From Desulfomonilia bacterium (GTDB lineage Bacteria; Desulfobacterota; Desulfomonilia; UBA1062), in contig CAXXDQ010000003.1 in assembly GCA_963664325.2 (NCBI GenBank), positions 1,088,001 through 1,152,000 on the forward strand: a stretch of 64,000 nt of DNA, written 5' to 3'. Below the pieces are notes generated by a model that saw only the letters and a program-made list of their open reading frames with translations, was not told where the DNA came from and did no database searches. Below, piece after piece: positions 33,507 through 43,709 of this stretch (positions are counted from its first letter, which is position 1; the number at the start of each line of letters is the position of its first letter). The position numbers were made by a program, and so were the translations under genes.

Positions 33507-35117
33507 TTACGGTTTTTTCTTTTTACGTTTATCCCCGGTTGTCCGCTGTTCGGGTTTTGCTATGCTTATTATCGGTTTTCCTCTTTTCTGTTTGAATCTG
33601 TTCTGAATAATACCCGCTTCATTATGGGGCACGTTGATAAAAGAAAAGTTGTCAAACATTTGGACATCCTGGAAGATATTATCCTTTATGCCGGTTTTAT
33701 CAGAGAGCATTCTTATAAGTTTTTTAGGGTTAAACCCGTGTGTGCGGCCCTGCGCGACAAAGAGCCTGACATTTGTCTTTCCTTGTGGTGCAGACTTTAA
33801 TTCCGTTACCTCTTTGTACCTGCCGGGGTCGAGGACATCCGAAAAGGCATACCTCAGACATGATGCAAGGACAAGGGCCGCATCATTGTCATTTATGAGC
33901 TCTTCCGCGAGTCTTATGTAATGTCTGGAATCTCCCTTGGAGGTAATTGATTGTTCGATAACCTGCTTGATTCCTGATATCCTGGTTCCGATAACCTCAT
34001 CTACAGTAGGGATACGTCCTTTCTTTATGCTTCCTCCGCCTGCGTGCCGTATGATCTCAAGCAGTCTGCGTTCCCTAGGTTCGACAAAAGTTATCGCAAT
34101 GCCCTCTTTCCCGGCCCTGCCTGTGCGGCCTATTCTGTGGACGTATGAGTCTGCATCCTGAGGAATATGAAAGTTTATGACGTGGGTCAGGTCCCTTACA
34201 TCGATACCGCGTGCAGCCACATCAGTGGCAACCAATATCGTAATCTCCCTGTTCCTGAAGCGGTGCATAATCTTTTCACGCATGTTCTGGTCTATATCCC
34301 CGTGTATACCCGCCGTTTTATAGCCGCGCTCTTCCAGACCATCTGCAAGTCCCGATGTTTCAATTCTTGTACGGCAGAATACAAGACCGTAAAAGTCAGG
34401 ATTCACATCGATAATACGGCAAAGAAGCTCAAGTTTGTCATCTTCCCTGACATCATAATAAACCTGTCTGGTCAGTGCAGGAGTTTTTACGGTTTCGCCT
34501 ATCGCAACGGACCTTGGGTGACGCATAAACTTTTTGGCAATGGATATTACCTGTCTTGGCATTGTCGCTGAAAAAAGGAGTGTCCGTCTTTCAGCCGGGC
34601 ATTGAGCTATGATGGACTCGATATCTTCAATGAAACCCATATCGAGCATTTCATCGGCTTCATCAAGGATAAGATACTCAATGCTGTTTGATTTCAAAGA
34701 TCCCCTTTTCAAATGGTCTAGGATTCGGCCCGGTGTTCCAACAACAATATCTGTTCCATCCTTCAGCCCCTTGAGCTGGGGTACGAATGACTGCCCGCCA
34801 TAAACTGCAAGGACTTTGGCCTTTTTACCTCTGCACAAGGACTTCATTTCTCCCGCCACCTGTATGGCGAGTTCTCTAGTCGGAGTTATGATGAGAACCC
34901 TTGTATGGCCGTTAAATGCATCTATGGACTCAATTACGGGTATTCCGAAAGCAGCCGTCTTGCCTGTCCCTGTCTGAGCCTGAACAGTAAGATCACAATC
35001 CTCATTCAGAAGAATAGGTATAATTTCAGACTGTACAGGCGTCGGTTCAGAAAAACTCTTGCGCTCTAACGCAGACATCATCGTTTCCGACAGACCCATG
35101 TTTCTAAATTTTTCCAA
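33507..35117 (-). CDS. DEAD-box RNA helicase, CsdA/DeaD type with DbpA RNA-binding domain
   Basis: AQTGTGKT, PTRELA, TPGR, DEAD, SAT, ARGID, HRIGRTGRAG. Confidence 0.95.
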   Translation of the reverse strand: MEKFRNMGLSETMMSALERKSFSEPTPVQSEIIPILLNEDCDLTVQAQTGTGKTAAFGIPVIESIDAFNGHTRVLIITPTRELAIQVAGEMKSLCRGKKAKVLAVYGGQSFVPQLKGLKDGTDIVVGTPGRILDHLKRGSLKSNSIEYLILDEADEMLDMGFIEDIESIIAQCPAERRTLLFSATMPRQVISIAKKFMRHPRSVAIGETVKTPALTRQVYYDVREDDKLELLCRIIDVNPDFYGLVFCRTRIETSGLADGLEERGYKTAGIHGDIDQNMREKIMHRFRNREITILVATDVAARGIDVRDLTHVINFHIPQDADSYVHRIGRTGRAGKEGIAITFVEPRERRLLEIIRHAGGGSIKKGRIPTVDEVIGTRISGIKQVIEQSITSKGDSRHYIRLAEELINDNDAALVLASCLRYAFSDVLDPGRYKEVTELKSAPQGKTNVRLFVAQGRTHGFNPKKLIRMLSDKTGIKDNIFQDVQMFDNFSFINVPHNEAGIIQNRFKQKRGKPIISIAKPEQRTTGDKRKKKKP

Positions 35118-35354
35118 GTGACTATCCCTTTGTCTTATATTGTTTTATATATCTCGAAGGCACGAAAAAGGCTTGTTTAATAATACCTTTCATGGTGTCG
35201 CCAAGAAATCCATGCGGCGCTTATATCCTATTTAATGAAAAATGCCATACAAATAATAAAGCATATAAAATGAAGCTGTTTAATATAAAATAAAACTGTT
35301 ATAAAATATTTCAGAGCTTTTGGAGCAGATCAGCCTTAATTCTAAGGAGCGAAA

Positions 35355-35531
35355 ATGAGGGAAATTGGCGCAATTGCCGGATACCTTGTGTTCTGGTTGT
35401 TCAGCAAGATGGTGCTTGGCATACAGAGCGGAGCCGTTACACTTTTTTTATCGCTTTTGTTTGCCTTTGCGGTATATGCGCTGATCGCTTATGCAGAGCA
35501 TGAGGATAAAGACAAAACAAAGGATGAATAA
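35355..35531 (+). CDS. 58-aa two-TM membrane protein (absent from the ORF track)
   Basis: AAGGAG RBS; MREIGAIAGYLVFWLFSKMVLGIQSGAVTLFLSLLFAFAVYALIAYAEHEDKDKTKDE*. Confidence 0.65.
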   Translation: MREIGAIAGYLVFWLFSKMVLGIQSGAVTLFLSLLFAFAVYALIAYAEHEDKDKTKDE

Positions 35532-35564
35532 AAGGTCCTTATTTAAATAGCAAGACCATATATA

Positions 35565-38141
35565 ATGAATAAAAAGCTTTCTCTTTTATACAAACGGTAT
35601 TCGATATGGCTGTCTGCGTTTATCGTCATAGTCCTGATTATACTCCTTGCTTATGCTGTATACCGTTCACGGGAAAAATCGATAATTGATCTCTTCAGCT
35701 TCCAGCAGGAAATTGTCTCGAACCAGGCTGCGTCAATGATTGAAGGCGCAATTGACAGATGTGAAATAAAACTTGATTACCTGTCACGGGCATTGAACAC
35801 ATCTCAGAGAAACAATGAGAATATGGTTCAAGACTTTAAAAATTTTTACATGGAAACACAGGACATTGTTGAAACAGTTGTAGATATAGATAGCAATGAT
35901 ATTGTCAGATATGCTTATCCTCCAGAACAATCGGGAGATCTTATAGGGAAAAAAATTGATGACCCCGAAATAATGCATGCCCTGAAGAAGCTTGAAAACG
36001 GCAGGTATCAGGGGGGGGTCAATAATTTCTTTGCCTTAAAAGGGAATGTGGATCCCTGGCTGAATAAGACAATCTGTTTAGGCCTGCCAGTATACAGCCG
36101 GAATGACAAATATAGCGGCGCAGTCCTGGCCCTTGTAAGCCCTCAGCTTTTAATAAGGCATTCGGTGTTGAATAAATCTTCCTTTATTGGGGAATTCTGG
36201 CTTATCGATGATCAGGACAGGATTGCATACCATCCGAACAGCGCCTTGATCAAAAAGAACTTTCATGAGCTGATACCAGCCCGTAAAAAAGGTTTTAATG
36301 TTTCGGATGATGCCAAGAAATATTTTATTGATAATGTAATCATACCCAAGAATAAACCATCAACCTGTATCATATCCTATGCCCCTATCAGAATCGGCAC
36401 ATCGACTTGGTTTATAGTAATGGTTGCACCTTATCACAAGGTTCAAAACCTTATTGCAAGCGCATCACGGAATATCATACTGGGGGCGTTCGGGCTGGTC
36501 ATTGTCGTGATTGTGACCGCGATATCGATTGCCCAGTCCGATGTCAAAAGACTGCGTCTCAAAGAAGAACTGAAAAGACTCATGGAAAGGGAAGAGTGGC
36601 AGAGCAAGGTGTTGAGGGAAAAGATGACTATCGACGGAATCATTGAAGGTTCCCCGGTTCCCACCTTCGTAATCGACAAGAATCACAAAGTAATCCTCTG
36701 GAACCGTGCCTGTACGGACCTTACAGGGTTCAGTTCAAAGGTTATGGTCGGCACCAGAAATTTCTATCAACCGTTTTATGATACCCCTCGTCCCCTCATT
36801 GCTGATTTTATCATTGACCAGAATATCGAAGATTTCAGCCTTTATTACGGTGAAATCAAGGTAAAGAAATCCGAGTTTATTGAAGGCGCATATGAGGCAG
36901 TTAAATATTTTAAAAATCTTAACGGCAGGGGGCGCCACCTGCATTTCATTGCCGCTCCTATCTATAATGAGAGGGGTGAGATAACTTCGGCGATAGAAAC
37001 ATTCCTTGATGTTACAAAAGAGGTTGAACTGACAAAGAGCCTGCAGGAATATGCCGAATCGCTGCAAAACGAACTCGGGGAAAATATAAGGCTGAATAAG
37101 GAGACCGAGTATCTCTACAATTATCTTGGAAACATCATAGACTCGCTTCCTGACAGGATTTTTGACTTAAGCAAGGATGGAATAATTAATTTTGTCAGTA
37201 AACAGACAATTAAAGGCAGAGATGTTGAAACGGAGCTTAAAGGCAAGCATTTTACCGAGTTTGTTGAACCGCATCACAGGGATTATGTGATTTCCAAGTG
37301 GGAAAACGCGCAAAAAGGGATATTTACGCCTTATGAACTTGATGTTGTGACCAGGAAAGGCGAGAAGAGGAATCTGCTTATAACTCCCAGCCCTGTCAAA
37401 GGCACTGACAGATATGTACTTGTGCAGCGGGATATAACAGAGTTCAAGGAGCTTGAAAAAAAATACTATGAAAGCCAGATGCTTGCAGCAATAGGCCAGC
37501 TGTCAGCGGGTATTGCACATGAGGTCAGAAATCCTCTTTCTTCGATAAAAATGAGCCTGCAGATCCTGGAAAAACGATTACAACCGGAAGGCAACGACCT
37601 TCAGAGATTTAAAATAGCACAGAGAGAGGTCGAACATCTTGAAAAGCTCGTGAGTGAAGTGCTGATCTATGCCAAACCGCTTGTTCCCAACAAGGAACTT
37701 TCCGACATGTATTCTATCATCGAGAATGCACTGGCAATGGTTGAAAAATCACTCAAAGATAAGGAAATTGAAGTAAATAGAGATTTCAAGACAGGCTTTG
37801 AAGCAGTGAATGTTGATGCATCCATGATAACACAGGCGCTTATCAATGTTTTTCAGAATGCCGTTGAGGCTATGGAAAACAGAGGCATAATGGTTGTCAG
37901 CCTCAAAGATGAAAACGGGTATGCGGTAATTGAGGTTAAGGACAACGGTTGCGGAATTGATGAGAAGGATATGCCGCACCTTTTCAATCCGTTTTTTACC
38001 ATGAAAAATTATGGAACCGGGCTTGGCCTGTCGCAGGTTAAAAAGATAATTGACCAGCATGGCGGCGTAATAAAGATTTTAAGCAACAGGGGAGAAGGCA
38101 CAAGATTTATAATACAGCTTCCCAAAAACGATGATATATAG
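35565..38141 (+). CDS. Cache-PAS-PAS sensor histidine kinase (NtrB-like)
   Basis: Two TM helices around a periplasmic domain; AHEVRNPL, NAVEA, DNGCG, FNPFFT, GTGLGL. Confidence 0.95.
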   Translation: MNKKLSLLYKRYSIWLSAFIVIVLIILLAYAVYRSREKSIIDLFSFQQEIVSNQAASMIEGAIDRCEIKLDYLSRALNTSQRNNENMVQDFKNFYMETQDIVETVVDIDSNDIVRYAYPPEQSGDLIGKKIDDPEIMHALKKLENGRYQGGVNNFFALKGNVDPWLNKTICLGLPVYSRNDKYSGAVLALVSPQLLIRHSVLNKSSFIGEFWLIDDQDRIAYHPNSALIKKNFHELIPARKKGFNVSDDAKKYFIDNVIIPKNKPSTCIISYAPIRIGTSTWFIVMVAPYHKVQNLIASASRNIILGAFGLVIVVIVTAISIAQSDVKRLRLKEELKRLMEREEWQSKVLREKMTIDGIIEGSPVPTFVIDKNHKVILWNRACTDLTGFSSKVMVGTRNFYQPFYDTPRPLIADFIIDQNIEDFSLYYGEIKVKKSEFIEGAYEAVKYFKNLNGRGRHLHFIAAPIYNERGEITSAIETFLDVTKEVELTKSLQEYAESLQNELGENIRLNKETEYLYNYLGNIIDSLPDRIFDLSKDGIINFVSKQTIKGRDVETELKGKHFTEFVEPHHRDYVISKWENAQKGIFTPYELDVVTRKGEKRNLLITPSPVKGTDRYVLVQRDITEFKELEKKYYESQMLAAIGQLSAGIAHEVRNPLSSIKMSLQILEKRLQPEGNDLQRFKIAQREVEHLEKLVSEVLIYAKPLVPNKELSDMYSIIENALAMVEKSLKDKEIEVNRDFKTGFEAVNVDASMITQALINVFQNAVEAMENRGIMVVSLKDENGYAVIEVKDNGCGIDEKDMPHLFNPFFTMKNYGTGLGLSQVKKIIDQHGGVIKILSNRGEGTRFIIQLPKNDDI

Positions 38142-38180
38142 TGATATAATACATATATTCAATAAGGGTATGATAAAAAT

Positions 38181-39557
38181 ATGTCGAAGATACTTGTAAT
38201 AGATGATGACAGGTCAATCCGTGAAACGCTCGATATGTACCTCAGCGAAGAGGGGTATGACATTATCACTGCTTCCACCGGGACCGACGGGCTTGCAAAA
38301 TATGTGGAAGCCACTCCGGACGTTGTTATACTTGATATAAGACTCCCTGATGTTGACGGTTTCAGGATACTTGAAGACCTTAAAGAAGAGGACGAAAATC
38401 TCAAAATTATCATGATAACCGCATTTCATGACATGGAATCTACAATAAGGGCGATGAAGAAAGGTGCTTTTGATTATATCCACAAACCCATTGATGTAAA
38501 CGAACTGGACATATCAATCAAGAAGGCGCTGCATGCCCTTGAAATGGAAAACAAGCTGAAGGGTTTTGTTGAATCCTCACGGGAATACAAGGTGGGAGAC
38601 ATTATAGGATTAGGCCCCCGCATGAGGGAGATATTCAAGACGATAGGAGTTGTTTCACAGAGCAAGACGCCGGTACTTATCGAAGGAGAGAGCGGTACGG
38701 GAAAAGAGCTCATTGCCAAGGTTATTCACAACAATACGAACCCCAATGAGCCTTTTATTGCCATAAACTGTTCTGCAATTGTTGAAACACTTCTAGAGTC
38801 CGAACTGTTCGGTCATGAGAAGGGGTCATTTACCGGGGCCGTAAACAGGAAGCCGGGTAAATTTGAGCTTGCAAGGAACGGTACGGTCTTTCTTGATGAG
38901 ATCAGTGAGATGTCCTGGAACCTGCAGGCCAAACTTTTAAGGGTGCTTCAGGAAAGGGAATTCGAGAGGGTTGGCGGGAAAGATACCATAAGTGTCAATG
39001 CAAGGATTATAGCTGCAACAAACAAGGACCTGCGTATAATGATAAGGGACAAGCTGTTCAGGGATGATCTTTATTACAGACTTAATATCGTCAGCATCAT
39101 GATACCTCCTTTGAGGGAACGGCTGGAAGACCTGGAACCCCTTGTCGCATATCTCCTGGCAAAGATAAGCAACGAGCTTCATAAACGCATTATAAAGGTA
39201 TCCGATGAAATGATGGAAACATTCAGGAGATACAACTGGCCCGGAAATATCAGGGAGCTTGAAAACCTGCTGGTACGGGCAGCGGTTGTTGCCAAGGGAC
39301 AGGTGCTCGTGAAATCGGATTTTCCGAACCTGGGTGATGAAGGGCATGCCGACAAGGCCACTGGCCAGATTGAAGAATGTGCACAGGATGTCTCGGGCAG
39401 ATACCTGACCCTTGATGAAATAGAAGAGCGCCACATCAGAAAAGTCATAAATGAAACCAAGAAGAACAAAGGAGAAATATGCGATATGCTTGGAATATCC
39501 CGCCCGACGTTTGAGCGTAAGCTTGAAAAATACAATATAACATATGAGCGTGAATGA
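38181..39557 (+). CDS. Sigma54-dependent response regulator (NtrC family)
   Basis: REC domain; [33 protein letters not shown]; Fis-type HTH. Confidence 0.96.
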   Translation: MSKILVIDDDRSIRETLDMYLSEEGYDIITASTGTDGLAKYVEATPDVVILDIRLPDVDGFRILEDLKEEDENLKIIMITAFHDMESTIRAMKKGAFDYIHKPIDVNELDISIKKALHALEMENKLKGFVESSREYKVGDIIGLGPRMREIFKTIGVVSQSKTPVLIEGESGTGKELIAKVIHNNTNPNEPFIAINCSAIVETLLESELFGHEKGSFTGAVNRKPGKFELARNGTVFLDEISEMSWNLQAKLLRVLQEREFERVGGKDTISVNARIIAATNKDLRIMIRDKLFRDDLYYRLNIVSIMIPPLRERLEDLEPLVAYLLAKISNELHKRIIKVSDEMMETFRRYNWPGNIRELENLLVRAAVVAKGQVLVKSDFPNLGDEGHADKATGQIEECAQDVSGRYLTLDEIEERHIRKVINETKKNKGEICDMLGISRPTFERKLEKYNITYERE

Positions 39558-39659
39558 TATTGAATCTCTCAGGCCTGTTCCAATGAATATTAAACGTTTC
39601 ATTTAATGCCCTGAACATTTTTTTAAAGGATCAAAAGGTATTTACATCCGCCTGAAAAT

Positions 39660-39752
39660 TGACAATTCATTGTCACTGCTTAAAAACAAACAAAAAAACA
39701 ATAAGTTAGAAATATATTCGTCAATAAATACAAATTGGCACGGTTCTTCCTA
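39660..39752 (+). promoter_or_regulatory. Putative sigma54 promoter with upstream activator palindrome and IHF site
   Basis: TGACAAT-TC-ATTGTCA (39660-39675); AAACAATAAGTTA, one mismatch to the IHF consensus, after an A-tract; TGGCAC-N5-TTCC (39736-39750) with a variant -12. Confidence 0.6.
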
Positions 39753-39794
39753 TAGAAGATTGTGATTAAACAAAAAAATGGGAGGGCCAAGACA

Positions 39795-40070
39795 ATGAGA
39801 AAGACAATCCAGACCTTAATCGTAACATTCTTCGTGGTTCTTATCACAGCCTCTTTTGCTTTTGCTGCAAATGCAATAACCGGTGATGGAAACTTTCCCT
39901 ATTTCAATCTCGGATGCCTTGTCATGGGTGGACTGACAATCGTATCACTCAAACACAGGTACCCCAGAATGTACCTCAGTGAGGCGATCGGTTCATTTGC
40001 ACTATACGCAGTTCTGGTTGCACTGTTCACGGCCCCGGTTATCGAGTCTGTTAAAAATATAGTAAGCTAG
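39795..40070 (+). CDS. Small membrane protein (signal peptide + 2 TM), unknown function
   Basis: GGGAGG RBS; AFA-A cleavage-like site; two further hydrophobic helices. Confidence 0.8.
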   Translation: MRKTIQTLIVTFFVVLITASFAFAANAITGDGNFPYFNLGCLVMGGLTIVSLKHRYPRMYLSEAIGSFALYAVLVALFTAPVIESVKNIVS

Positions 40071-40147
40071 AGGGAATCCCGACAAAAGCGACAGGGCGAT
40101 ATGCTCTGTCCTGTCAGGCAGCCAAGCGGGACAAGGAGGAAATAATT

Positions 40148-40405
40148 ATGAAAAACCTTACAAGAGAAAGAAAGGACAAAACGACACTGAACAGTATAGT
40201 TATGATAAGTGCGTGGGGTCTCATAATAGTTATTTCCTCATTCGCTTTCATGTATATCGGCCGCTGGATTGACGTAAGCTTTAATACCGAGCCGGCTTTT
40301 ATGGTTGGCATGCTTTTCCTTGGGATATGCATGTGCATATTCAGACTTTACAAGGAAGGGGTCGAAAAATCCCGGAGAATGTACAGGCAGGACAGGACTG
40401 CCTAG
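40148..40405 (+). CDS. AtpZ/AtpI (ATPase_gene1)-family small membrane protein
   Basis: AAGGAGG RBS; YIGRWIDVSFNTEPAFMVGMLFLG matches the GxxLDxxxxTxPxF pattern. Confidence 0.75.
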   Translation: MKNLTRERKDKTTLNSIVMISAWGLIIVISSFAFMYIGRWIDVSFNTEPAFMVGMLFLGICMCIFRLYKEGVEKSRRMYRQDRTA

Positions 40406-40521
40406 GAAAATACCGGATATGCGAATGAAAATAATCAAAGAAAGGCTTTATTGTAAACCACCCGGATCTTTCTTTGATCATATAAAGAGCAAAACGAGTT
40501 TTAACCTTTCCATCTCTTCCC

Positions 40522-40587
40522 ACTGTTCCGGGGGTAGCCGGTTTTAGCATTTGCTGAATGCGGCAATTTCCCGGAACAGTTTTTTTT
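40522..40587 (+). terminator. Long-stem terminator
   Basis: ACTGTTCCGGG...CCCGGAACAGT with inner pairing, followed by T7. Confidence 0.7.
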
Positions 40588-40929
40588 GATTTGCTTTCTT
40601 CTGTGCCTGTCATTGACTAACCTGGTTATCAGGCGTTATAATTTATATTATTGCAATATATTATTATGTTTGAGGAGTTTTACGATGCCGGTTACATGCA
40701 GAGCGATAGGATTAAACAATATTTCAAGGAAAGGAATCCTGAAGATAACCCCTGCTCTGGCTGAAACTACCAATTTATCTGAAACGCTTATGACATACCC
40801 GGAGGCCATCTGTTCAATCAAGGGACAGCCTTCAGCCGGGAAAACATTGCAACATAATTTCCGCTTGATACAAAAGACTTTTGTTGAAAATTATATATGA
40901 ATGAACGGCATGCATGAGGAGGCTTTCTT

Positions 40930-43326
40930 ATGACCAAAAGGGTATATTTTGTTGTCATGATTTTGGCTGCATTGCTAACCTGTTCATGCCGCCTGAAATC
41001 AGAAGGTCCGTGGCATGGGGAACGGACGGATTATCCGAGGACAATTTACAGGGCGGATCAGCTCGGATCAATAAAAGAAAGACTTACCCGCTATCCCTAT
41101 AATGTCCTTTACAGCAGGGTCTTGTCACAGGCAGGACGGACCCCTGCACCTCCGGCACAGAAATATGATCCGCCGACCCAGTATGACAATGCCAATATCG
41201 CAAAATCTGCCGCGTTCGTATATTCCCTTACCGGCGATGGTTCATCCAGGCAGAAGGCTGTCGATATTTTAAAAACCATACCGCAGGAATTCGGCAGCCT
41301 GACCTTTGATCTTCTGGATTACGACATACATATAGCAGAATCAATCATGTGCTATGCACAGGCGCTGGATATGCTGCTCGGCGCAGAGGCGCTCAGTTCA
41401 ACAGAAAGAAAAACAATAGAAGACAGGCTGGGAAACATTACTGATAAGTTCTTTAACAACTGGGCTGAGTTGATCTGCGGGGCATATGAATTTTCCCGCA
41501 ACAACCACCATACCAAGACCGCATCGGCATTCGGAATAGCAGCTATTGTTCTCAATAAGCACCCGATGGCAAAGATTTGGATAGACTATGCCATGAACGA
41601 GGTTGAGGCCGACCTTAACAACCTGATTACACCTGACGGCGGCTATGCTGAAGGCCCGAACTACTGGACATACTCCGCTGTGAACGTCCTTCCTTTCGCA
41701 TGGGCCTACCGTACATTTACAGGCGGCCAGTCCGGGGTATTTACTGACAGACCGTGTTATCTGAGCGGTCTGGGGCAGAATGGAAAAACAGTGACAGTCA
41801 ATGATCTGTTCAGCGACTGGAAACTTAAAGCGGTCTCTGAATGGATGATAAAGGTACGCCAGCCAGACGGGCTTACTCCGCCGATTGATGATTCTAATAT
41901 GAGCGGTTATTTTAATGCAATTCTGTCTGGGGTTTACGGCGACGGCGTTTTTGCATGGGACTGGCTGACTTCATCTTCATATCTGATGTCCCAGAGCTGT
42001 GCAGATATCAGTGTTGATATAATCTGTGCATATGACGACAGCGTAGTCTTGCATGAACCGTCAATGAATCCCAGCATATTCATGCCGGAGTCCGGACATG
42101 CTGTAATGAGGAGCGGCTGGGGTCAAAGTGACAGCTATGTATTGTTTCAGGCTGAAAACGGTATGGCGCGTAAAAGCGGCTACGGACATGAACATCCTGA
42201 CGGACTCAGCTTCATTCTTTATGCGTTCGGCAAAAGCCTGGCAATAGACAGCGGATACATCAATTGGGAAAATCATGACCTTGTAAGGTATGCAAAAAAC
42301 CACAATGTCATACTCGTTGACGGCAAAGGCCCCGAGCCAGGCCTTTATACGGCAGGAGGAGTCGATGCTTTCTTCAGCGATTTCATGACTACTTCATTTA
42401 TGGATTTCAGTTCCGCATGGACCGAATTTTCCGGTATAAGGCATACACGCTCGCTGTTGTTTCCCGGCAAGAGATATCTGGTGGTCTCGGATGATATAGG
42501 TTTGAAAAGCATATTGACGCATACCTACAACTGGCTGCTGCACGGCAATGGAGGCGGTTCTACAGGCGGCACATTTTCCCGGGAAGCCAGTGGAGGCATC
42601 TGGAATAACGGTAATGCAGAATTGGAAGCGGTCGTCGTATCCCCTGAGGGGAACCCGGTACTGAGCAGTCATGATGATTATCATGGTTTTACCTGGGGAG
42701 TTAAGGAGACGCACAGCGTGCTCCAGGCAGATGTTAAAGCCAGAAGGGCACGCTACCTGGCGGTTTTGTATCCTTCGAATGACAGTATGCCGGAACCGGA
42801 GATTGCTCCTCAAAATGCCCCGGATGGCGCTGCAATTGCCGTTATGGAGCCGGATGGCATTACCCTTGTCAGGACCCAATCGGCAGCAAAACTGCAGAAT
42901 AAGTGGACTCTGGACGGAATTGACGGACATCCTGAATTTCCTTCCATTGGAAGCGATGCAGGGTTTTCCCTGATTTCAGCAGATGGCATGGGGGTTGTAA
43001 AACAGATATTCATTCAGGATGCATCATGTCTGAGCATTGGAGGTACTGAAATCATAAAGGCTGATTCGAGGCTAGTTTTAGCCCTTTCGATAGGTACTGG
43101 CATTATCAGCGGGCATGTAATTGCACAGGATGGATGCCGTATCGATATCCTGACTGGAACAGCTCCTTTGTCAGTCGAGGGCAGTACGATAACAGGTTAT
43201 TCATCATCTGCAGACGGCATTACCAGGATTGCTTTTTCAGGTCAGGGAGATTTTTCGGTTTACCTTTCAGGGGATTCAATTATTGAAAGGATTGCTTCCG
43301 ATAGGACCCTGCTTCCTGTTCAATAG
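40930..43326 (+). CDS. Heparinase II/III-family polysaccharide-lyase-like lipoprotein
   Basis: Lipobox-like LTCSC; NNH, DGGYAEGPNYW, MRSGW, GHEHPD, HNVILVDG. Confidence 0.85.
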   Translation: MTKRVYFVVMILAALLTCSCRLKSEGPWHGERTDYPRTIYRADQLGSIKERLTRYPYNVLYSRVLSQAGRTPAPPAQKYDPPTQYDNANIAKSAAFVYSLTGDGSSRQKAVDILKTIPQEFGSLTFDLLDYDIHIAESIMCYAQALDMLLGAEALSSTERKTIEDRLGNITDKFFNNWAELICGAYEFSRNNHHTKTASAFGIAAIVLNKHPMAKIWIDYAMNEVEADLNNLITPDGGYAEGPNYWTYSAVNVLPFAWAYRTFTGGQSGVFTDRPCYLSGLGQNGKTVTVNDLFSDWKLKAVSEWMIKVRQPDGLTPPIDDSNMSGYFNAILSGVYGDGVFAWDWLTSSSYLMSQSCADISVDIICAYDDSVVLHEPSMNPSIFMPESGHAVMRSGWGQSDSYVLFQAENGMARKSGYGHEHPDGLSFILYAFGKSLAIDSGYINWENHDLVRYAKNHNVILVDGKGPEPGLYTAGGVDAFFSDFMTTSFMDFSSAWTEFSGIRHTRSLLFPGKRYLVVSDDIGLKSILTHTYNWLLHGNGGGSTGGTFSREASGGIWNNGNAELEAVVVSPEGNPVLSSHDDYHGFTWGVKETHSVLQADVKARRARYLAVLYPSNDSMPEPEIAPQNAPDGAAIAVMEPDGITLVRTQSAAKLQNKWTLDGIDGHPEFPSIGSDAGFSLISADGMGVVKQIFIQDASCLSIGGTEIIKADSRLVLALSIGTGIISGHVIAQDGCRIDILTGTAPLSVEGSTITGYSSSADGITRIAFSGQGDFSVYLSGDSIIERIASDRTLLPVQ

Positions 43327-43709
43327 CCAAAAAGCACCCGGATATCAGGTACGGGCGCGCAAGAGATTTCAATGACTCGTAAGTGAAATTTTAAATAGCC
43401 AAGATATATTTAGCAAATAGAAGGAAATCATTAAAAATCAAAGGTCGGCCATAACAGTAAGAATTATCAAAATTGAAAATCTTGGCAGATGCTAGATGTC
43501 AAGGGTTTTAATAAAAAACTGCAAGCCTAAGAACTGCAAGGAAAAATACCATAACTATATGAAATAACAAAGCAATACAAATTCATTTTTAACATTTGCC
43601 AATCGTGTGCAATCAGGTTTGACGTTTGATTTATCCTGGTACAGTATCGGGTTACATCAAGTTTATCCATCTTGCCTTTTTGTTAAATTGTTGGGGGAGT
43701 AATTTTTTT

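Noticed and set aside
33368-33595. 75-aa ORF in the track
   Set aside because: It overlaps the tRNA and the helicase end; spurious.
38937-39602. Long antisense ORFs (also 9886..10626 and 50740..51315)
   Set aside because: They shadow well-supported genes on the opposite strand and have no recognisable motifs.
40586-40900. 104-aa ORF in the gap before the lyase gene
   Set aside because: TTG start inside a terminator T-run, no RBS and no motif.
43327-43709. oriC upstream of the DnaA-like gene
   Set aside because: AT-rich, but no perfect DnaA box cluster and no dnaN, gyrB or rpmH context.
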